Of a DNA stretch of 64,000 bases, positions 43,660 to 53,761 are shown one piece after another. Made by a program: the position numbers and the translations under genes. Source of the stretch: Cenococcum geophilum (Eukaryota); assembly GCA_050273025.1 (NCBI GenBank), contig CP158635.1:22692001-22756000 (forward strand). Direction: 5' to 3'. Position 1 is the stretch's first letter; each line of letters starts with the position of its first letter. The notes beneath the pieces were generated by a model. The model did not search any database. It saw nothing but the letters and a program-made list of their open reading frames with translations, and had not been told where the DNA came from.

Positions 43660-46600
43660 CTTCGCCTCTATATTAACTATTAGGCGCTAAATAAGATTAC
43701 TATAAAGAATCGCTACCTATTACCCTTAATAGGGGAGCTTATTAACAGGCTATTAGGCGTAAAGATATTTACGAAATTAAATCTAAAAGATATATACTAT
43801 TAAATCCGGATTAAAGCCGGCGATAAGTGGAAAACGGCGTTCTAAATATAGTACGGCCACTTTAAGTACCTAGTGATGCTATTTGGGCTCACTAACGCAC
43901 TAGCAATATTTCAGGCCTATATTAATAAGGCATTGTTGGGCCTATTAGACACGATATATATAGTCTACCTTAATAATATTATAGTCTACTCTAATAACTA
44001 TAAAGCATATACGCACCACGTGCGAATAGTACTAGAAAGACTATAGGAATATAAGCTCTATATAAACCTAAAAAAGTGTATATTCTATACTACTAGCATT
44101 AATTTTTTAGGCTTTATTATTAGCGTTAATAAAGTGTTAATAGAGAAAAGTCGGGTGGACGCTATTAGGGAATGGCCCTACCCTATGACATTTAGAGAAG
44201 TATAGGTTTTCTTAGGCATGGCGAACTTCTACTAAACGTTTATTGTTTACTACTTATAAGTAATACTTCTAATTACCAATCTACTAAAAGGATCTAAGAA
44301 TGGCAGGAAGTTAGGACCCTTTATATTTAGGGAAGCTACTAAGTAGGCTATAGACCGGTTAAAGGATTTATTTATATTGGCGCCTATCCTAATATACTTC
44401 TACTAGGAGCTACGTATATACCTTAAAACGGATATATCTGGCTTTACCCTAGGGGCAATTATATCTTAATTAAAAGACGGAAAATGGCATCCTGTGGCGT
44501 TTTAGTTAAGGAAAATAACCCCTATAAAGCAGCGTTATATAACGCACAACTAGGAGCTGCTCGCAATAATTGCAGTAATAAAGCACTGGCGACATTATTA
44601 TATAGAAAGTAATTATCCTATTAAAGTCCTTATAGACTATAATAACCTAAAATACTTTATAACTACGAAGGTGTTAAGCGGTCGATAAGCTAGGTGGGTA
44701 GAGGCACTATTGCAGTACGATTTTAAGATTATATACCGCCTAGGAAAGATAAATTCTGCTAATGGGTTATTAAGACATCCGGATTATAAGATAGGGAGGA
44801 TCTAGGACAGCATAGGGGAAATAATCCCTATATTATAAAATTTGCTTAGGAAAAAAGAAGACTCTTTTCCTAGAACTATAGAATTTCGCGGTAGGGCAGA
44901 GGTCCTGGTGATGCAGCTACGAAGCAATATAATTATAGAGCCGTAGGATATGGTTATAGACTAGGTTATAGACCAAGTAGACATTACAAAGTTAGCGTAC
45001 CCTAGAATTAGTAAAAATTCTGCAGAATGTGCTGGAGGTATTACGGCACCTTTAACTCAACGGCGTATTAGCTGCGAGTTCTTAGATTTAAGGGGGATAG
45101 GCGAGATACCTATTTATAGCATAGTATACTATATAACGGTAGGAGAATCTGCTAGCACTAATGGTTTAAAACGTCTCGTGCTACGCCTTAAGTCTATAAT
45201 AGCGGCAGGCGAAATAGAAGTAAGCGATCTATATAAAACCTTTCTAGATCTTCTTCTTTAAGCTTAATAAAGGGACGCCTTCGCCTCTAGGGAGAGGTAG
45301 AAAGATATAGTAGAGACTAACTTAGCTAAAGTTACTAAGAAGCTATAGCAGCAAGACTAAAAGGGTTTATTACGCTTTAAGGGTGCTGTATATATTCTAA
45401 AGGACCAAGCAATTTAAGATAAAATTCTAAAGGTCTTCCATAATAACCCTCTTAGGGGTTACTACGGTGCTAACAGAACCCTTAAGGCTGTTTAAAGGAA
45501 ATACTTTTAGGACGGAATGTCTAAAGAGGTTAAGGACTATATATTAAGGTATAATACGTGCCAAAGGATATAGATATCTAGGTATCGCCTATATGGTGAG
45601 TTATTAGTGCTTCCTATTCCGTAGGGACCCATATTAGAATTAATAATAGATTTTATTATAGGCTTACCCCCTACTAAGATAAGAACTGGAGAGGTTGCTA
45701 ACACTATCCTAGTAATCATTGATAAGTATATAAAGTTTTTAGGATACTTTGCTGTTATAATAACGATTATAGTAGCAGAACTAGCAGACCTGTTTTTAGA
45801 ATAGTGGCTCTTATTTAGTATGCTAAGGGGAATTATATCTAACAGAGGCACCGTATTTAATAGTGCATTTTGGTCTTTATTCTGTCTCTTATTAAAAATA
45901 TAGTAAAGGATAAGTACTATCTTCTACCTATAAATAGACGGGTAAATAGAGCGTCTAAATGCGTTATTGGAACACTACCTCCGCTGCTATATTAATTATT
46001 AACAGGATGATTGGACATTATAGTTGGCTTTAGTGCAGCACGTATATAACATAAGTATCCATAGTAGTATAAAAATGACCCCTTATAAAGCATTATTTGG
46101 GGTAAAAGTAAATAACCCCTAAAACGTTAAGGACATCATTCCCAAAAGAGAGGCACTAGTGGCGTCCGAAAGAATTAAGCAAATAAGAATTTGTAGAGAG
46201 AAACTTAAAAAGCACTTGCTAGACGCCTAGGCTATGCAAAAAAGGTACTATAATAAAAAATATATGCTAAAAGAATTTGAGATAGGAGATAAAGTCTTAC
46301 TATCTATAAAAAATATCCAAATAAAACGCATTAAGAAGAAGCTGGATTACCGGTGGCTTAGACCCTTTAAGATAGTTAAGAAAACCAAAGGAAACTAAGC
46401 CTATAAATTAGAATTACCGAAATCTTATCTAATATATTCCATATTTTATGTTTTCTTACTAGAGCTATACCGGAGAAGAGATAGTACGGAACCGCCCTTA
46501 CCTAGCAAAATTAATAGGGAACTAGAATAGAATATAAAAGACATTCTAGACCAAAAATGGCGCCAGAAGAAGCGCGAATTTTTAGTTTATTAGGAAGGAT

Positions 46601-47499
46601 ACTCCTAGGCGTATAATAGTTAGGAACCTAAGGAGTACCTTTAGCTAGGATGCAACACCGCAATTAAAACCTTCCTAAAAACCAAAGGTAAAGACTTAGA
46701 AATGGTTCCGGATATACTATAGGTAAAACAATAGGGAAGACTCTATAAATTAAAACTATAGAATTAAGTACAGGCATTAAGAACGGAAATGTTTCGCTAT
46801 TATAATAGGGATCCTAAAATCCTATAAGAGGAAGCCTATAGGGATCTATAGGAGAACCACTAGGGATACTATTTAAAGAAGACGCTATATGAGAAGGAGT
46901 AGTAGCACCATAAGAAGTAGCCTTAGGGATTTAGTAAGATCCCCTAGGGATAAAAGGAGAGTATCTGGCCTAGTACCGGAGATATATAGTAGAGTTAATG
47001 GTACGAAGAGGAGTAAAAGGACAGCCTATAAAGAATTAGAAATTTTAAGGAATTATAAGGCACCTATAAGAACACTACCCGTTTATTATATATGGGGATT
47101 ATAGTAGTACACTGCGTTTATATAGATTGTTACTAAAGCTTAGAATAAAGGCATCCCTAAAGTATAAAATTAATTCCTAATAATAGGGCATCCTGAAGGC
47201 ACCCGAGAGGCACTATATAAAGCTATTCTATAAGAAGGAAAGAGCTAGGTAATAACTTAAACACCAGTAGCAGTAATAGGAGCCTCCTCTTCCATCTTAA
47301 CGTTATTATTAACGGTATTATTAGCTCCTCTATCCCCAGAAGTATTAGTACTTCCACTAATATTCTTCTTGGAACAACGGGTACTAGAAGGACTAGCATA
47401 GGCGGGAGACTAGCAAGAAGAATGTTTATCTTAACCTTTATCGCTATCCTTAGTATCCCTAGATTCTAAATTGGCGTCTAAGTAGGGATTAAAGAGATA

Positions 47500-48062
47500 T
47501 TGGCTAAAGGAGTTAGCATAGTTCCTAAGCAAGTTACTAGAGAAACTTACCTAGCTAAAGTAACCCGCGCAAGAGTATAAATGTTATTATTAATAAGAAC
47601 AAGCTGTTTGTATATACGCTCCTAGACACTATATGTCCGAGAATGTTGCGTCTCTATAGTAGTAGAAACCCTTATAGAATTAAAGAGTCTATAAGCAAGG
47701 GAAGACACCTTTTGTCCCCGCCTATTACTATTAGGATATTAGCGGAAATCTTAGATAGTGTGTTGGAGCCTATGAGTCTCATACACATGGATAGTGGGGA
47801 TCTAATATAATTAGCGAAATTTAGAATAGGACGGAATGGGAAATACTAGGACGCAGGTCTTTCTCCTACTGCGATAATAGAAGTACTTGGATTTGTTTTT
47901 ACTAGAGCGAGGCATCTTATAGACGTAGGAAGGATCCTGCGTAAGAGCATAAACGTAGTAATAATAGTATTTTAGGGAAACTGCTGTAGGAGTAACAGAC
48001 GCTATCTGGGGCGTCACTAGGAGATTAATAATACTGCCGCCGGTCTAGGGACCATGAGCCAT
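47500..48062 (-). pseudogene. Antisense accessory Cys-rich ORF inside element 1, probably spliced, RIP-decayed
   Basis: ATG at 48062 is in frame with ORF 47811-48017 across one TAG. The Tyr-rich string KYYYYYV...SYVYK...KYFYYRSRRKTC fits RIPed Cys/His codons. A second Cys-rich segment lies near 47550-47720. 3' end uncertain. Confidence 0.45.
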
Positions 48063-48657
48063 TGTGAGAGAATACTCTGAGAAGTTAGTATTATTATAAG
48101 AAGATAAGGTAGGGATCCTATTACTTATAGACGTGTTATAAAAAGAGAATAAAGTAGCTATAAAAGAATAGCTGGAGACACGGAAGCTAAAAGTGGAGAT
48201 ATAGAGGAAATAGTCTGCTAAAAGACGAGATAAATGGTGTTATTAATAAAAAGACGCGTAAGAGGCGATAGCTTATAAACTGGAAGAAAATTAAAATAAA
48301 GACGTTATTATTAGAATCCATTTTAGGTGAATGGGGATAGTGGCTTGTGGACGTGTTGCATAGGATAACCTCTAGATTAACTTATGACAAACTCTTATAA
48401 TAAGAAAGGTGAATCCTATCTAATTTTTATTATTATTATTTTAGTTCTATTATAAAGGCATTATAGGGAACTATAGTAGGAAAAGAGTAGAGGAACTAAG
48501 GATAAAGTAAGGTTCTATGCTAGTAAAGAACTAGCTATAAGCCGCATTATAGAGTACCTTTCTACTAAGAATTTCCTTAGTGGTTTTAGCCAGAACTTTA
48601 TAAAAGCTTAGTAGAGGCAAAGTCTTAGAGGACTAAGACCCTTAAAGGGGAGGCAAT

Positions 48658-49059
48658 TATAACGGAATTCCCTAGAAGGTATATATTAGATAAGATAAAA
48701 GGAGGTCTTATCTATATTCTAGAAGGAGGTCTTATCTATATTCTAGAAGGAGGTCTTATCTATATTCCAGAAGGAGGTCTTACCTATATTCTATCTACGT
48801 CCTAGAAGATATAATTAGACAGATAAGGGGTAAAGGGTTTTACTGGCGTCTTAGAAAGATTATATAGGGAGCTAGTTCTCCTCTAGAGAAGAACTAGCGA
48901 TTAGTCTCTAAATAGAAGTGGTTAGAAGCATTTGTCCTTTAATACGTGAAACTTATTCTACCTTTAACTTACCTTCTATTTACCTTTGACTTACCTTCTA
49001 CTTACTGGTAATACTGTTAATTAGATAATTATACGTTCCGGTTAGGCTGGCCTCTTATA
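48658..49059 (+). repeat. 3' LTR of element 1 (402 bp)
   Basis: TATAAC...CTTATA; contains four 24-bp internal repeats; preceded by the PPT. Confidence 0.95.
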
Positions 49060-49856
49060 TTTATAGAGTTTTATAAAAGGCTAAATATAAGTATAGAAGC
49101 TATTAGAACCGCACGGCCTTTATATAAAGAATATTTACGTTAACCCTCTTAATATGCTGTAATTATATGCTCTAGTATAGGTGCATAAGTCTTTATAGCT
49201 TAATAGCACTACTTAAGGTTAAGCTGCTTAATATCTGCATATTAGTTAAAGCCGCTAAATAGTAACTCTTTCTCCCTTAGCTCTTTAAGCTCTCCCTAGA
49301 TAGTAAGAGTAATACTAGCACCTACTATACCGCGTTTCTCTATCTCTTTAGTATAGATATTTAGGATATTAGTATCCTTTAGGAGTTTACTAAGGAGCTC
49401 CCTTACTCTTTTCTTCTTTAGTGCCTTATATAAACCTTTAGCTATTATAATCTATTTAAGTGCTAGGTCTCCTATAGATATCCACTATAGCCTAAGACGG
49501 TTAACAATTGCCCAGACCTTCTCTGTAGCGGATATCCTCTTAGCGGATATTGCGGATATTGCGGATATTGTGGGTATTTTATTAACTCCTACTTCTTTAT
49601 CCTCTTGGGGATCTATATAGTTTGGTGGCGGTAAATAGGCTATTAAGGGCCGTATTTAAGCTAAGGATAGCAATAGGGGAGATAATAGGGGTGGGACGAG
49701 ACCGCTGATGTCCTTGGGTACTATATCCGCTATATCTCTTAATCCTCTAGCAGTATTAGTAGATAGAGAAGGTAGTTTATTGTTAAAAGCTTAAGAAGAC
49801 TGGCTCCTGCTAGATAAAGTAGAGGGGTTTCTTTAACGCCTTTTGGATGTATCTAT
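49060..49856 (-). pseudogene. 5' part of the same Academ-type transposase, separated by the Gypsy insertion
   Basis: RIPed coding-like sequence starting [ATA<ATG]GATACATCCAAAAGGCGT (MDTSKRR) at 49856. Collinear with 35350 across the LTR element's TSD. Confidence 0.55.
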
Positions 49857-50755
49857 GGCTAGTAGTTAGTTTTAGAAAATCCATTAATTAGAGAGCTGAT
49901 TAAGGCGATTCTAACGTAGGTATTTATAGGATAATAGACGTGGCGGTTGCTTATATTAATTTCGTTAAAGTTAATGGTTTGCCTTATATAAATAGAGCAG
50001 CTTAGCTTCCAAAAGCTTGCTAAAGTGGCTTAGACCAAGGAACAGATGGATCGATCGAATAGGTTAGCTTGCGGATATTCGATTATCCGCGCAGCGGATA
50101 TTCATCGGTTTCTTGGTCTGAGCATGCTAAGACAATACCGTTCCTGCATATGGGCTATATTACAAATCATTATAGCAACACTACGCCACCTTCCTCCGCG
50201 GGGATATTCCATACGGAACGTTGCCAAATTGAAACAATGCATATCGGAATCTTCCCGCTCGAATCTAGCTGATACATAACTAGACAAAAATCTACCTCGC
50301 ACTGGCAGAAAAAACTCATAATTCTCGCTTATCATTCAGAGAAGCATCGAGAATACCTAGAGTCATACAAACAAGTAATCAGAGATATCTCGATGACTGA
50401 ACTTTTAACCAAGTCGGAGCTGAATAGAACATTAGCCTGTGCCGCAACTGTACCACAAGGATATATCAAGTCTTCGTGTATAGTATAGCAGAATAGGCGG
50501 GAGTGTGCGAAACAGGTCGAGCATATTGCCTTCTCCAATAACTGCGTGTTTTATCTATCAACTGATGCCTCCTTTCAATTAAAATACCGTGAAAGCCAGG
50601 ATATTGGTTAAAACCAGAATATCGCCCCTCTCCGGCAGGACCCCTAAAAATATTCCCCCAGTTTGCTCCAACGAAACGCTCAACCAGACTAGGACCATAA
50701 TTATCGACAATAAAACTTCATCGCTCCTTTATTGTAGGCCTCGTATCATCAACTA

Positions 50756-51322
50756 CAGCCTGTACGGGCTCCAGTGTTCCCCCCCGTGTGCGCGCAGCAC
50801 ACACACCTAATTTCGCTACATCTGCAGGGTGTAGTACGTGGCCAGGACTTGAGCCACGACCCACATCGAATTTGGAGCTCTGAGCTCGATTTTGAAGCTA
50901 TTCTAAACTCCTCTCTTACTAAAAGTCGTAATATCTATTCCGGATCGTAGTATTATAAAGCTTCTTTCTCTTATTAATAAGCTCTAAATACGTTAAATTA
51001 ACTTAGGGGAGTAATTGGCTTGATGGGCATATATACGCTTATTAGCGCTAGCTATAAGAAGGTTTTTAATAAAGGCGTGCTGCTAGTCGCCTATATACGG
51101 AGCCATATTAAGGAAGGAATGAGGTAAAACACCAAGATCTGGAGGTAATATCACGACTTTTGGTGAGAGAGAGGAGTTTAGAACAGCTTCAAACCCGAGC
51201 TCTCAACCCGACGTGGGGCCCGTGGCTCAAGCCCTGGCCACGTATTACACCCTGCAGACGTAGCGAAATTAGGTGTGTGTTGCGCGCACACGGGGGGGGG
51301 ACACTAGAGCCCGTACAGGCTG
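50756..51322. mobile_element. Non-autonomous Tc1/mariner-type MITE (567 bp) with ~180-bp TIRs
   Basis: TA|CAGCCTGTACGGGCTC ... GAGCCCGTACAGGCTG|TA. Inverted similarity extends to about 50934 and 51148; TA TSD; no coding capacity. Confidence 0.9.
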
Positions 51323-52218
51323 TAACCTAAACCTTCTTTGAAGAAAACAGTGGTATAGCTTGGTTGCGCAAGGCGGCTCGTGTTCCTCTGCCTTTTTGGT
51401 TGCTATGACTGTTAGCATTGCGAGTTTAAGAACATTCACAGGATGCCTTACAGAATTACCACTAGGTAATAGTCGCCCAAAGGCAAAGGCTCGAGCGGCT
51501 TATGTTGGGCAACAAGCAAATGAAACACTGCTGAGATGTTATTGCTTCTGACCGGTGGGCTGGCCAGCCCCAGGTTTGTGGTGGCTCAGCTCTTTCGACG
51601 GCGCCTTGGCCATTTAAGCTTCCGACAAACACTCAAGTTTCAAAACATAACTAGGGTTACTGATGCGTTCCTTCAACAATATGAATGGGTCATGAAGAAA
51701 TTAGCTAGATGAGTTCAAGAAGTTGTTCAGCGGCTCTGACAACTTACGCCACTTAGAAGTATAGAACTTCGAAGTGAGAATCCTGTCGACCGAGTGGCAA
51801 TTACGAATCGTCGTCACCAGCCTTTTGCCACCTACCTCATATATATACAGTACAGTCTCTTTTTCTTTATGGGTAAATAGACACACGAGTTCCTAACCTA
51901 GTATTTTCGATCGACAAATCCCAAATCAAACTTCCGGGCATATACCTAATATGTTTGAAAGATACTGTGAAGGACGTCTGTAGAGCGGGTTGTCTTGATC
52001 AGAATGATCTAACAGCTTGGTTTCAGGGCTAGGTAGATGACTACCCTTCTGATTGTGAACCCTTCACTAACGCTAGGCAGAGGAGCATGAGCAGCCTGGG
52101 GAAGCACTAGAAGGCCTCAGGATTATGTGAGTCAATCAACGAACAAACGTTACGAAGAAGTCCGTTAACATATACCTCAGATTCTCTGAAGGCCTTGCAA
52201 AATGTTCCAATGATAGCC

Positions 52219-52600
52219 CAGCGTAGCCAATAAACCGTCGTTTGGCTTAATAAGGCCTTTATTGATTGATTGGATTGTTAATTGAAGCTTTTGGGTTGGA
52301 CAGATTATTAAGATCCAATCGCAATCGTCTATTAAACAACTAATAAGTATCTTAATGACGCTGTGGCGTAGTATTAATCCTAAATAGGTATTAGGGCGTA
52401 AGTAAGAGTGAATGCACGGACCATAAACGCGTCCTTTATATCCCTTTTATGCGTTTTGTATGCGTATTTGACGCGTATTTAGATAATTTTAGGGGTACCA
52501 ACCCTACCCAAACTGGATTGATTGGATTGATAGGTTAACATTTGGATTAGCGATCCGTCAATTGATTGATTACGGATTGGACGCTTAATTACCCACACTG
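52219..52600. mobile_element. Short non-autonomous hAT-like element (382 bp)
   Basis: Flanked by direct repeat ATAGCC (52213-52218, 52601-52606). Termini CAGCGTAGCCAAT / ATTACCCACACTG (9/13 inverted match). Subterminal GATT/GGATTG repeats; AT-rich. Confidence 0.6.
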
Positions 52601-52738
52601 ATAGCCTGAAAGTGTTAACGTCTCACCCTCCTCTACGCATGCGCGAGGCTACTTTTATCTCCATTTCCAAAGAAATTTCGTTACCGTTCTTTTACCTTCA
52701 AATGCTCGAGGAATACTCAACAGTCTTCGTAGATATAC

Positions 52739-52978
52739 TGTCGACCTGAATCGGAGTTCCTTACTACCATCGTAATACTGTCTGACGACCTAGATCGTCT
52801 ATACGAACTATGTCTTAGTTGTCTCTCAACTTATGACTAAATGTCTCATCGAATGTCTCATTACCTATTTTCTATTACCTATTTTGACTTAGTTGTCTAG
52901 ACCTACCTGATGTATATAAGGAGCTTCTAGAGCCCTCATTAATAGACAGAGTTCTCATTCCTGATCGTCCGTTCAACA
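52739..52978 (+). mobile_element. Solo LTR (240 bp), Copia-like termini
   Basis: TGTCGA...TCAACA, flanked by TATAC/CATAC (5-bp TSD with one transition); internal TATATAA box at ~52913. Confidence 0.8.
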
Positions 52979-53761
52979 CATACAGAACGTTTCAACCGGC
53001 TCAAATGAAGACATCCAGAGTATACACTGCGTTTTTGTAATAAGGTAGTTCTCCAAGCTGACGTTGAGCGTGTAGATTTCATGATTCGGAATGGCTCCAC
53101 TGCAACCTCTCAATTCAGCGTTGCCTTGAGCTATGATCCCAGAAGGCGTTTGACCAGTGCATTAGTTCACAGCCTGTCCAAAAGGGAAACATCAGGAGTT
53201 ATACAGGACGTCATAAGACATCGGGAAGATATTGCCCTTCCAACGTTACCACCATATCTTCTCTTGGTTTCTAGAATGAAATCTACAAGCACTGAACTTC
53301 TTGATGGTAACAGACAAATTCTAGAAATCGAGCACCAAATAGGTATTTAAATAAATTTCCATCCAGGTAAAGAATACTGCTCTACCATTGGTGAAAGCGG
53401 TATGTTTGTATAGACTTGTAGCTTAATTGCGCAAAGGGATAATGATCTGAGTGCGCGAGGTAACGCCGTGGTAAAACCAATATCGAAGGACTAACTGCGC
53501 TGACAGCGACTCGAGACAGCGCAGCCACACGAGTCATCCGGATCCCTACAATCAGTGCCGTGTTACTTCCCATGGTATGCGCTGCTGTAAGTAGCAATAA
53601 CTATCTACGTTTGCTACGTCTTTAAGTTTAGAGTGGTTTTTATCTTTATATTTTGATATTACATGTTCTTCATAAAAAGTAAATAGCAAGAATAAAGTAG
53701 AAGATAGAGCAATCCAGAACCGAGAATAATTCTCCCCAATGCCGATTTCACTCTTAGTGGT

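Larger units (their letters stand above)
35351..49059 (+). mobile_element. Ty3/Gypsy chromovirus LTR retrotransposon (element 1), RIP-decayed
   Basis: LTRs 35351-35728 and 48658-49059; TSD TTTAC/TTTAT; PPT AAAGGGGAGG before the 3' LTR. Gag knuckle CYNCSKKGHISRFC (~36844), protease LIDSGAS (~37045), RT VPKKDGTLR|L.I.Y split by element 2, YL[NN>DD] (~43965), RNase H, integrase and chromodomain (~46530-46630). Confidence 0.95.
29969..50135. mobile_element. AcademH-like DNA transposon (Academ transposase + RecQ-like helicase), RIP-inactivated, carrying nested LTR retrotransposons
   Basis: TIRs TTGTCTCAGCATGCTCAGACCA (29969-29990) and TGGTCTGAGCATGCTAAGACAA (50114-50135), 21/22 match. Perfect 9-bp TSD TACCGTTCC at 29960-29968 and 50136-50144. 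About 6.5 kb without the nested insertions. Confidence 0.85.
52050..53350 (+). pseudogene. Gene remnant interrupted by the hAT-like MITE and the solo LTR, possibly a CorA-like fungal protein
   Basis: Coding-like pieces LKVLTSHPPLRMREATF...LQMLEEYSTVF (52605-52733) and 53081-53350 (ALSYDP...LPPYLLL...ILEIEHQIG). Family assignment is from memory only. Confidence 0.35.

Noticed and set aside
29969..50135. Starship, MULE or telomere-linked helicase interpretation of the large element
   Set aside because: No DUF3435 tyrosine-recombinase captain or TTAC-type direct repeat is seen. The short TIRs, Academ-type motifs and internal position fit AcademH better.
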